Of a stretch of 64,000 nt of DNA, positions 9,121 through 17,855 are shown in pieces (the first letter of the stretch is position 1; each line of letters starts with the position of its first letter). A program made the position numbers and the translations under genes. This DNA is from Winogradskyella sp. (GTDB lineage: Bacteria; Bacteroidota; Bacteroidia; Flavobacteriales; Flavobacteriaceae): positions 18,492 through 82,491 of the forward strand of contig NZ_JABDQL010000009.1 in the NCBI RefSeq assembly GCF_013042245.1, written 5' to 3'. The notes below the pieces were generated by a model. It was not told where the DNA came from, ran no database searches, and saw nothing but the letters and a program-made list of their open reading frames with translations.

Positions 9121-10674
9121 ATGATAAAAACTTTGCAACTCCGCATCAATCTACATCAAGAAGCACAACCTGATGGACTGCTTAATAAAGCAGCTTACGA
9201 TTTAGATATAAAACCTTCTGAAATTTCTGGGATTAAAATCCTAAGAAAATCTATTGATGCACGTAAAAAAAACATCATGTTTAATTACAAGGTTGAAGTT
9301 TATATTAATGAGCCCGTTCCCGAGGATTCCGATTATCATTTCGATTATAAAGATGTCTCTAATGCGAAGCCTATTCATATCATAGGTTTTGGACCAGCAG
9401 GTATGTGGGCGGCATTACGTTGCATTGAATTAGGATTTAAACCCATTGTTCTGGAACGTGGTAAAAACGTACGCGACCGGCGTCGCGATTTAAAAGCAAT
9501 TAACCAAGACCATTTTGTTAATGAAAATTCTAATTACTGTTTTGGCGAAGGCGGTGCAGGCACATATAGTGATGGCAAATTATACACACGTAGTTTAAAG
9601 CGTGGCGATGTCCGTCGTATTTTCGAGAGCCTTGTCTACCATGGTGCTACAGAACAAATCTTGATCGATGCACATCCGCACATTGGTACCAATAAACTAC
9701 CAAAAGTCGTTAAGAATATTAGAGAAACTATTCTTAAATATGGTGGCGAAGTCCATTTTGAAACTCGAGTTACTGACTTCATTATAAAGGATAATAGAGT
9801 CATCGCTATTCAACTTCAAAATGGAAAGGAACTAAATACCGAAAAAGTAATCTTAGCCACAGGTCATTCTGCACGAGATATTTTTTATTTACTCGATAAA
9901 AAGAATCTGGCACTGAAAGCAAAATCTTTTGCCATGGGCGTTCGGGTTGAGCATCCTCAAGAAATTATCGATGGCATACAGTATCATTGTAAAGGTGAAC
10001 CTCGTAACGAATTACTACCTGCTGCAGCTTATAGTTTGGTAGAACAAGTAAATCACCGTGGTGTATACTCCTTTTGTATGTGCCCTGGTGGATTTATTGT
10101 ACCAGCAGCTACTGCAAATGGTGAAGTTGTGGTTAATGGCATGTCTCCTTCAAAACGAAATAACAAATTTGCCAATTCAGGAATTGTTGTAGAAATTAAT
10201 GCAGAAAATGACCTCTATAAATATGAGAAATTCGGTGCTTTAAAAGCTTTAGAATATCAAAAGAATCTAGAGCGCTTAGCATTCACTTCAGGTGGAAGAA
10301 ACCAAACTGCGCCAGCACAACGCTTAACAGATTTTGTAGAAGGAAAATTATCTAGTGATTTAAATGATACATCCTATCAACCAGGGTTAAAATCAGCACC
10401 GTTACATTCCTTATTCCCAAAACTTATTGGTGGTTCTTTGAGAAAAGGTTTCAAGGCATTTGGTGAAAAAATGAAAGGTTTCTATACTGAACAAGCCAAT
10501 ATTATCGGAGTAGAGTCCAGAACATCTTCACCAGTTAGCATACCACGTACAGAGACCTTAGAACATCCTGAAATCTCGAATCTTTTTCCTTGTGGCGAAG
10601 GAGGAGGTTACGCTGGCGGCATTGTTTCAGCAGCGATGGATGGTGAGCGTTGTGCGGAAGCGGCTTGCTCATAA
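9121..10674 (+). CDS. Uncharacterised FAD-dependent oxidoreductase (COG2509-type)
   Basis: IIGFGPAG, FGEGGAGTYSDGKL, HIGTNKL, SFCMCPGG, PCGEGGGYAGGI. Confidence 0.9.
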   Translation: MIKTLQLRINLHQEAQPDGLLNKAAYDLDIKPSEISGIKILRKSIDARKKNIMFNYKVEVYINEPVPEDSDYHFDYKDVSNAKPIHIIGFGPAGMWAALRCIELGFKPIVLERGKNVRDRRRDLKAINQDHFVNENSNYCFGEGGAGTYSDGKLYTRSLKRGDVRRIFESLVYHGATEQILIDAHPHIGTNKLPKVVKNIRETILKYGGEVHFETRVTDFIIKDNRVIAIQLQNGKELNTEKVILATGHSARDIFYLLDKKNLALKAKSFAMGVRVEHPQEIIDGIQYHCKGEPRNELLPAAAYSLVEQVNHRGVYSFCMCPGGFIVPAATANGEVVVNGMSPSKRNNKFANSGIVVEINAENDLYKYEKFGALKALEYQKNLERLAFTSGGRNQTAPAQRLTDFVEGKLSSDLNDTSYQPGLKSAPLHSLFPKLIGGSLRKGFKAFGEKMKGFYTEQANIIGVESRTSSPVSIPRTETLEHPEISNLFPCGEGGGYAGGIVSAAMDGERCAEAACS

Positions 10675-10790
10675 AATTTTCTTATAATTCTCAGTTAGCA
10701 ATAAATCAAGTACTAACCAAAAACGACACCGTCCGTTAACAAATGGTTACATTATAATTCCTATTTTTGCAGCACTAAATTGAAACTAAA

Positions 10791-11684
10791 ATGAATGCAT
10801 ATATATTTCCTGGACAAGGTGCACAATTCTCAGGAATGGGATTAGATCTTTATGAAAACTCACCTCTAGCACAAGAGCTGTTTGAAAAAGCAAATGATAT
10901 ATTAGGATTTTCTATTACTGACGTTATGTTTGAGGGTTCTGCTGAAGATTTAAAGCAAACCAACGTTACTCAACCTGCTATCTTTTTGCACTCTGTTATC
11001 TTGGCAAAAACTTTAGGCGATAGTTTTAAACCAGATATGGTTGCTGGGCATTCTCTAGGAGAATTTTCTGCACTTGTTGCTGCTGGAGCTTTAACGTTTG
11101 AAGATGGATTAAAATTAGTATCACAACGTGCTGAAGCTATGCAGAAGGCTTGCGAGTTACAACCAAGTACTATGGCAGCCGTTTTAGGATTAGATGACGA
11201 TATTGTTGAAAAAATATGTACATTAACAGAAGGTATCGTGGTTGCAGCAAATTACAATTGCCCTGGTCAATTAGTAATTTCAGGAGAAGTTGATGCTATT
11301 AACAGAGCCTGCGAAGCCTTGAAGGAAGAAGGTGCACGTCGTGCATTGGTTTTACCCGTAGGTGGTGCATTTCATTCTCCAATGATGGAACCAGCTCGTG
11401 AGGAACTAGCAGCCGCAATTGAAAACACAACTTTCAGCAAACCAAATTGCCCTATATATCAAAACGTAACCGCTTCTGCAATTACAGATGAAAATGAGAT
11501 AAAAGCTAACTTAATTTCGCAATTAACTGCACCTGTACGTTGGACACAATCTGTACAACAGATGATTGAAGATGGTGCAAAATACTTTACAGAAGTTGGG
11601 CCAGGAAAGGTGCTCCAAGGCTTAGTCCGAAAAATTAATCGCGAAGCAGAAACATCTTCTGCTACTTTTGAAACTAACGCCTAA
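10791..11684 (+). CDS. fabD: Malonyl-CoA:ACP transacylase
   Basis: FPGQGAQ, AGHSLGE, GAFHS, EVGPGKVL. Confidence 0.98.
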   Translation: MNAYIFPGQGAQFSGMGLDLYENSPLAQELFEKANDILGFSITDVMFEGSAEDLKQTNVTQPAIFLHSVILAKTLGDSFKPDMVAGHSLGEFSALVAAGALTFEDGLKLVSQRAEAMQKACELQPSTMAAVLGLDDDIVEKICTLTEGIVVAANYNCPGQLVISGEVDAINRACEALKEEGARRALVLPVGGAFHSPMMEPAREELAAAIENTTFSKPNCPIYQNVTASAITDENEIKANLISQLTAPVRWTQSVQQMIEDGAKYFTEVGPGKVLQGLVRKINREAETSSATFETNA

Positions 11685-11699
11685 AACAACTCCCCTATT

Positions 11700-12194
11700 T
11701 TGAATAGAAATCTATTTATAAGCCTAATTATCATTTTCAATTTAGCAATTGACCAATTATCTAAAATTTGGGTTCGTGCAAATTTTATTTACGGTGAAAG
11801 CAAGGAAATTATCGGAGACAAATTCATCATGCAATATGTCGAAAATAAAGGTGCCTTTTTAGGTATGGGTAGCGATATGAATCCTACCCTTCATTTTATA
11901 ACTCTAAAACTTTTACCCCTTTTAGTATTACTATACGTTATATATTATATTGTAAAAACTAAAAGTTTAGACAAAATGAGTTTAATTGCGTTTTGTTGTA
12001 TTGTAGGTGGAGGATTGGCTAATGTTATTGATCGCTTTTTATTCAGCTCAGTGACCGACTTCTTTTTTATAGACTTAGGTGGAATTTTTAAAACTGGAAT
12101 TTTTAATGTAGCTGACGTAGCAGTGACAACAGGAATGTTTATCCTAGTTTTTAATAACTTTATTTTTAATAAAAAGTCAAAAAAAGAAGCTTAA
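11700..12194 (+). CDS. lspA: Signal peptidase II
   Basis: DQLSK, NKGAFLG, GGLANVIDR, VTDFF, IFNVAD; TTG start. Confidence 0.92.
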   Translation: MNRNLFISLIIIFNLAIDQLSKIWVRANFIYGESKEIIGDKFIMQYVENKGAFLGMGSDMNPTLHFITLKLLPLLVLLYVIYYIVKTKSLDKMSLIAFCCIVGGGLANVIDRFLFSSVTDFFFIDLGGIFKTGIFNVADVAVTTGMFILVFNNFIFNKKSKKEA

Positions 12195-12202
12195 ACGAAA
12201 TA

Positions 12203-12390
12203 TTATTTGGATAATACGCCAATCTTCACAATCTTTAATTTTACCGTAGTATGTTTCTCGGTATTTGTGAAATGTTTTAACTGGAATATTAAGAATTTAC
12301 TTTTTAATGTAAGTAAGCCCTAGTTTCAAGCTGTCCCATTTTAGGTGTAAACCTATCTTCTACTTATGTTTGCCTTTTAATGCTTATCAA
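12203..12390 (-). pseudogene. Probable decayed small (~60 aa) flavobacterial gene
   Basis: Reads LISIKRQT*VEDRFTPKMGQLET / LTYIKK*ILNIPVKTFHKYRETYYGKIKDCED / VLSK*, i.e. two in-frame stops and two frameshifts. Resemblance to a conserved small protein is from memory only. Confidence 0.5.
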
Positions 12391-12565
12391 TTTTATGTTA
12401 ATTCAATTATCATTAAATACAAATTAACAAAGATTAACAACAAAGAGCAAGAAAATAGCGATAAGCCTGCTTAAGCCCCTTTGGGATTAAATATCTAATA
12501 ATCAATACAATAATCGCTTGAACACCTGATAACTGCGAGCTTAATTCCTAACGAATTTGACAATC

Positions 12566-13846
12566 CTAATTTGAGTTGTTTTTGAAGATTTTACCTTCTT
12601 TCATGACAAAAACGACATTCTCCATTGTAGAAATATTTTTAGTTGGGTCTTCATCTACCGCAATAATATCCGCAATAAAACCTTCTTTTATTTGGCCAAG
12701 TTGATTTTCCATTTTAAGAATCATTGCATTAGTTACCGTCGCACTTTGTATACTCTCAATTGCAGGCATACCAGCTTCAACCATGTATCCAAACTCTTTA
12801 CCATTATCACCATGATAAAAAACAGCAGCATCAGTACCAAATGCTATACCGACTCCAGCTTTATAAGCGCGGCCAAACATATCTTGAATTTTTGGACCAA
12901 TATCTAGAGCTTTAGGTACAATAATTTCAGGATAGTAGCCTTTTATTTTTGCCTTTTCAGATACAAACTTTCCAGCACTGATAGTAGGTACTAAATACAC
13001 ATCATATTTTTTCATCATTTCCATAGTCTCAGCACTCATTAATGTGCCGTGCTCAATGGTTTTTACACCACCTTTTATGGCACGTTGCATACCTTCATCG
13101 CCGTGCGCATGGGCTGCAACATGGAAACCATAATCATTAGCTGTTTCGCATATAGCTCTAATCTCTTCAATTGAGAACTGCGGGTTTTGTCCACTTTTTG
13201 CTACACTTAACACACCGCCAGTAGCTGTTATTTTTATAAGGTCTGCTCCATTTTTATAACGTTGGCGTACTGCTTTTTTAGCATCCTCAACGCCATTTAC
13301 TACACCTTCTTTAGGTCCAGGATTTCCTATAAGGCTTCTTTTTGCACCATTGGTTGGGTCTGCATGTCCTCCTGTGGTTGCCAAAGCTTTTTCAGCAGTG
13401 AATATTCTTGGCCCTACAACTTTTCCTTGATTTATAGCATTTCTAAGAGATACATTTACGCCTGAGCCTCCTAAATCTCTAACCGTTGTAAATCCACTCA
13501 TTAAACTCACTTCTGCGTAATGTAAAGAATTAAAAGCCACATCTGCATCATTTAATGTATAGGCTTCGAGATATTTCTTTGGATTTGTTTCAGACTCAAT
13601 ATGCACATGCATGTCAATTAATCCAGGCATAACTGTTTTGTATTTTAAATCTATAACTGTGCCCGATTCTGGTTTAACATAGCCATTTTTAACTGAAACT
13701 ATTTTGTTTTCAGAAACGACTATTGTTTTCTCTGTTAGAACTTTTCCTGTTTTTGTGTCGATTAGTTTTCCACAGTGCAAATAGGTGTTTTGAGAAAACC
13801 CAATTACTGTAAATAATAAAACGAAGATTTTTGCAACTATTTTCAT
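12566..13846 (-). CDS. Secreted amidohydrolase (metal-dependent, Xaa-Pro dipeptidase-like)
   Basis: PGLIDMHVH, GFTTVRDLG, IKITATGGV, AAHAHG, IEHG, AFGTDA; signal peptide. Confidence 0.92.
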   Translation of the reverse strand: MKIVAKIFVLLFTVIGFSQNTYLHCGKLIDTKTGKVLTEKTIVVSENKIVSVKNGYVKPESGTVIDLKYKTVMPGLIDMHVHIESETNPKKYLEAYTLNDADVAFNSLHYAEVSLMSGFTTVRDLGGSGVNVSLRNAINQGKVVGPRIFTAEKALATTGGHADPTNGAKRSLIGNPGPKEGVVNGVEDAKKAVRQRYKNGADLIKITATGGVLSVAKSGQNPQFSIEEIRAICETANDYGFHVAAHAHGDEGMQRAIKGGVKTIEHGTLMSAETMEMMKKYDVYLVPTISAGKFVSEKAKIKGYYPEIIVPKALDIGPKIQDMFGRAYKAGVGIAFGTDAAVFYHGDNGKEFGYMVEAGMPAIESIQSATVTNAMILKMENQLGQIKEGFIADIIAVDEDPTKNISTMENVVFVMKEGKIFKNNSN

Positions 13847-14026
13847 ACGAATAAATTATGTTTAAAATTCATGTTTTCAACATTTTAGATTAAACTGCTA
13901 AGAAACCCTTTTAGGTAAAATTTTCATACACATGCTTTAATGCAATACTCTTTTGTACTTAACAGTTTGAGGTCAGTTTCATGTGCGTGGTTTTTCCAAC
14001 AGTAAAAATCGACCTTATATTATTTT

Positions 14027-15262
14027 TTATGCTACTTGGATAATTTCTTCTCCAAGATTAGTTAATTGTTTTTTATAATAGGCTAAAAGTTTATCTCTTC
14101 TAAAATTGTTGAGATGGTTAGCTCCTAATTCTTTGTAATCTACTTTATCTTTTATGATATGGTAGCAGGCAATCAGGATTTTATGTCCTAGTGCTATAAT
14201 GGTTTTCTTTTTGCCTCGTCTACCGACCATAGATTTAAATTTAGATTCAAAATAAGTATTCTTTGTTCTTGATGCTGCCCAACCTAATTCTACTAGGGTT
14301 GACCGAAGGTATTTGTTACCATAGGTAATTCTACCACTTTTGTTTTTTCCTGCACTTTGATTGCTTCCGGGGCACATACCAGCCCAAGAGGCTAAATGTT
14401 TTTGGTCAGGAAATTGACTCATATCCACTCCTATCTCTGCTATAATACCAATCGCCCCATTTTTACCAACACCAGGTATTTGCTGTAATAAATCCAATTC
14501 AACACCTAAAGATGCTGTTGCTTGTTCTATGGCGATCTCTACTTCTAATAAGGTGTCTTCTATTCTTATCATATTATCCCATATCATTTTTAACATTGAC
14601 CTATGGTGATTTGTCACATAACCAGTTAAGGCTTCTTCTATGTCTTTTCGATTTGCTTTAACTCTACCATGTACCATGCTTAGTAACTCTTTGGCTTGAT
14701 AATTTTCTTGGTTAACAATAACATTAAGCATCTTTAATCCTGTTTTACAAAAGGTATCTGATAACACAACTGATAACTTAATATTGGCATCTTCTAAGAT
14801 TTTCTGAAAACGATTCTTCTCTGAACTAATCATTTGAACTAACTTCTTTCTATAACGTGTTAAATCTCGTAGTTCTCTAATTTTTCTCTCAGGAATGTAA
14901 CTCCCTTTTAACAACCCACTTAATAGTAATTTGCAGAGCCATCGACTGTCTTTTTTATCTGTCTTATGACCAGGTACATTTTTTACATGTCTGGCATTAA
15001 CCAATAAAATCTCAAAATCATCACCCATGACATTGTAAATTGGCTTCCAGTAAACCCCAGTACTTTCCATAGCAATGTGGGTAACCTTGTGTTTCTTTAA
15101 CCAGTCTCTCAATTTTATCAAAGAACTTGTGTAGGTATGAAAACTTTTTGTCATCGTTTTTATACCTTTGCCTTGAATGGTAACTACTACAATCTCTTTG
15201 TGAACGTCCATTCCACATCCACGAGATACAACTTGCTCAAAAGCAACAGTGTCTTTTTTCAT
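14027..15262 (-). CDS. IS110-family DEDD recombinase/transposase
   Basis: GMDVHK, AMESTGVYW, KTDKKD (DEDD); C-terminal QIPGVG...LASWAGMCPGSNQSAGK with catalytic Ser; ORF intact. Confidence 0.96.
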   Translation of the reverse strand: MKKDTVAFEQVVSRGCGMDVHKEIVVVTIQGKGIKTMTKSFHTYTSSLIKLRDWLKKHKVTHIAMESTGVYWKPIYNVMGDDFEILLVNARHVKNVPGHKTDKKDSRWLCKLLLSGLLKGSYIPERKIRELRDLTRYRKKLVQMISSEKNRFQKILEDANIKLSVVLSDTFCKTGLKMLNVIVNQENYQAKELLSMVHGRVKANRKDIEEALTGYVTNHHRSMLKMIWDNMIRIEDTLLEVEIAIEQATASLGVELDLLQQIPGVGKNGAIGIIAEIGVDMSQFPDQKHLASWAGMCPGSNQSAGKNKSGRITYGNKYLRSTLVELGWAASRTKNTYFESKFKSMVGRRGKKKTIIALGHKILIACYHIIKDKVDYKELGANHLNNFRRDKLLAYYKKQLTNLGEEIIQVA

Positions 15263-15376
15263 GTCCGTCTGTTTTTTTGTTAATAATACCCTAAGGTAAT
15301 AATAGAGGACTTTTTTTAATTATTCATATCCTTTTATGACGGATTCCTCTAAAATTATTTTTGCGCCGTAATGGAG
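15263..15376 (-). ncRNA. IS110 non-coding left end, candidate bridge/seek RNA region
   Basis: 114-nt region upstream of the recombinase with stem TAGAGGA...TCCTCTA enclosing an inner hairpin; position matches the non-coding guide region of IS110-group elements (inference). Confidence 0.35.
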
Positions 15377-15383
15377 GTTTCAT

Positions 15384-15472
15384 GTGTTTATATGTATTGT
15401 TTTTTAGGTACACATGCTGTTCGCTATTAATCATTCCTTTGGGTGATAATATCTTTAGCATGCTCGTTTCAT
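15384..15472 (-). repeat. Dispersed ~90-bp structured element, copy 1 (encodes MKRAC*)
   Basis: 5 substitutions and 1 indel versus 61012-61101; hairpin GCATGCT...AGCATGT. Confidence 0.9.
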
Positions 15473-15553
15473 AATTGGTTTTTTTAAGAATGATAAAACT
15501 ACGGAATTTCTAAAAATTCTCTTTAAAAATAACAAGACTTTAAAGCATGATAT

Positions 15554-15561
15554 TATATTTG
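15554..15561 (+). promoter_or_regulatory. Bacteroidota -7 promoter element for prfB
   Basis: TATATTTG fits TAnnTTTG, 17 nt upstream of ATG 15579. Confidence 0.7.
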
Positions 15562-15578
15562 CAGAAATACATCAATTA

Positions 15579-16683
15579 ATGATAACTTTAGACCAAATAA
15601 AAGCTCTTAATTCCCGTCTCGACGCACTGAGACAGTATCTTTGACTTAGATGCCAAACGCATAGAAATATCCAACGAAGAAGAACAAACCTTTGATCCTG
15701 ATTTTTGGAACGACTCCCAAAAAGCTGAAGGCATCATGAAATCCATTCGTGAAAAGAAAAGTTGGATTAATGATTTTGAGACTGCAGAAACACTTTACGA
15801 AGATTTAGAAGTTCTTTACGAATTTTTCAAGGAAGATGAAGCTCCAATGGAAAACGTTGAAGCACGCTATGAAAAAGTTGTTAATGCCATTGAAAAACTA
15901 GAGTTTAAAAATATGCTTTCTGAGGAAGGTGATAGTTTAAGTGCTGTATTACAAATTACTGCTGGTGCTGGCGGTACAGAAAGTTGCGATTGGGCAAGTA
16001 TGCTTATGCGTATGTATTTGATGTATGCTGAAAAAAGTGGCTTCAAAGTCAAAGAGCTCAACCTACAAGATGGGGATGTTGCAGGTATAAAAACCGTTAC
16101 TTTAGAAATTGAAGGCGATTATGCTTTTGGTTGGCTTAAAGGCGAGAATGGAGTTCACCGCTTGGTTCGTATTTCTCCATTTGACAGTAATGCCAAACGG
16201 CATACGAGTTTTGCTTCTGTATATGTTTATCCATTGGTAGATGATTCTATTGAGATAGATATCAATCCTTCGGACTTAGAAATAACTACGGCACGTTCGA
16301 GCGGCGCTGGTGGACAGAATGTAAATAAAGTTGAAACAAAAGTCCAGTTGTTGCATAAACCATCTGGAATACAAATCCAGTGTTCTGAAACACGCTCACA
16401 GCACGATAACCGCGCAAGAGCTTTACAAATGCTTAAATCTCAGTTATATGAGATAGAACTTCAAAAACAGATGTCTCAACGTGATGATATTGAGGCCAGC
16501 AAGATGAAAATTGAATGGGGAAGCCAAATCCGTAATTACGTCATGCATCCCTATAAATTGGTAAAGGATGTGCGTTCTGGACATGAAACTGGAAATGTAG
16601 ATGCCGTCATGGATGGCGACATTGAGCCGTTTTTAAAGGAATATCTAATGATGATGGGGCAAAAGGAATCTGATACTTTATAA
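15579..16683 (+). CDS. prfB: Peptide chain release factor 2, with programmed +1 frameshift
   Basis: ATG 15579 MITLDQ...RQYL, then CTT TGA C (15639-15645); the +1 frame joins ORF 15736..16683 carrying SPF and GGQ motifs. Confidence 0.97.
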
Positions 16684-16762
16684 GTAAATAGTTTACTGTA
16701 GACAGTCTTTAGCCATATTCTTGAACTTAAAAAATGGTATAATAATTGTTATTTTTGCAGAG

Positions 16763-17104
16763 ATGATACAAATATTACATAATCCACGATGCAAAAAATC
16801 TAGAGAAGGTTTACAATTTCTTGAAGATAATAATGTTGACTTTGAAATTATAAAATACTTAGATAACAAACTTTCAGAATCCGAATTAGATGTTATTATT
16901 ACTAAATTAAAAATAGCTCCCATCGCTTTAGTGCGAAAAAACGAAGCTATCTGGAAAAGCGATTATAAAGGAAAAGAATTATCTAATTCTGAAATCATCA
17001 AAGCTATGATAGCTCATCCAAAACTAATAGAAAGGCCAATTATTATTAACAAGAATAAAGCTGTAGTTGGGCGACCAACTGAAACTATCAAAACCATATT
17101 ATGA
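16763..17104 (+). CDS. arsC: ArsC/Spx-family arsenate reductase-like protein (start revised from 16721)
   Basis: MIQILHNPRCKKSR...HPKLIERPI...VVGRP. Confidence 0.85.
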   Translation: MIQILHNPRCKKSREGLQFLEDNNVDFEIIKYLDNKLSESELDVIITKLKIAPIALVRKNEAIWKSDYKGKELSNSEIIKAMIAHPKLIERPIIINKNKAVVGRPTETIKTIL

Positions 17105-17583
17105 GAAAAGTACTTATTCTAATCTGTTTATTATTAACAACAGCCACAGTAACGGCTCAATTTGGAAGACGTGGAGCAAATCAAGTAAGAAGACCTCAAA
17201 CTAGTTCCGAACCAACGGAGGCTCAAAAAGCAAAATTTGAAAAGAATATGAAAGAAAGACAACAAGAATTTATTACGAAAATAATAAATAAACTTGGAGC
17301 TGATGAATTTCAAAAAGAGATTACACGAATTACTCTGACAGAGTATTTTGATAAACTTATTGCTTTTAATCAAATTGAATTTGACAGACAAATTGGAAAG
17401 AAAGATGCATTAAGAAAACTTCAAAAAGAACATTTCTCAGATTTGAGGTCTTTATTATCAGAAGTAGACATGAATATTATAGATGATGTTGTTGAAGGTA
17501 AGAATTTAAAAAGTTTAGATGAAGAAGGTGATAGTAAGAAAAAGAGAAAACGCAAAAAGAATAATAAAAAAGATAAAGGGTAA
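17101..17583 (+). CDS. Hypothetical secreted helical protein
   Basis: Signal peptide ending in AQ, basic C-terminal tail. Confidence 0.7.
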   Translation: MRKVLILICLLLTTATVTAQFGRRGANQVRRPQTSSEPTEAQKAKFEKNMKERQQEFITKIINKLGADEFQKEITRITLTEYFDKLIAFNQIEFDRQIGKKDALRKLQKEHFSDLRSLLSEVDMNIIDDVVEGKNLKSLDEEGDSKKKRKRKKNNKKDKG

Positions 17584-17642
17584 TTAATTAATTTGTATAT
17601 ACGCTAACTATCATAAGCTAAAAATAAACCTGATTTTCTGTA

Positions 17643-17746
17643 TTTTCGAGCGACAGTCGAGAAACCGTAAGGTTCAGCGTAGCTAAATATAAGCACTTGA
17701 TTTTAATACATTTCAACTTTAGTTTATGCTGAGCACAGTCGAAGTA
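17643..17746 (+). repeat. Cluster of REP-like short hairpins
   Basis: TTTTCGAGCGACAGTCGAGAAA (17643-17664) and TATGCTGAGCACAGTCGAAGTA (17725-17746); relatives at 28929 and 55343. Confidence 0.6.
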
Positions 17747-17855
17747 CTCAATGCTATAGATTAAATTAAAATCAATTTATGACATATTACGGACATTCAA
17801 AATAAATTATTATTTTATTTGAACATAAAAATATTGAAAATAAATACTAGGAGTT

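Larger units (their letters stand above)
13976..15386 (-). mobile_element. IS110-family insertion sequence (~1.4 kb) bounded by the 10-bp direct repeat GTTTCATGTG
   Basis: GTTTCATGTG at 13976-13985 and 15377-15386 flanks the recombinase; no terminal inverted repeats seen. Confidence 0.75.

Noticed and set aside
13976-15386. 10-bp repeat as a classical DDE target-site duplication with terminal inverted repeats
   Set aside because: The enzyme is a DEDD IS110 recombinase and no terminal inverted repeats are visible; shared donor/target sequence is the better explanation
15736-16683. RF2 as a standalone 315-aa ORF
   Set aside because: The true start is 15579, with the canonical CTT-TGA-C +1 frameshift; it is neither a truncation nor a pseudogene
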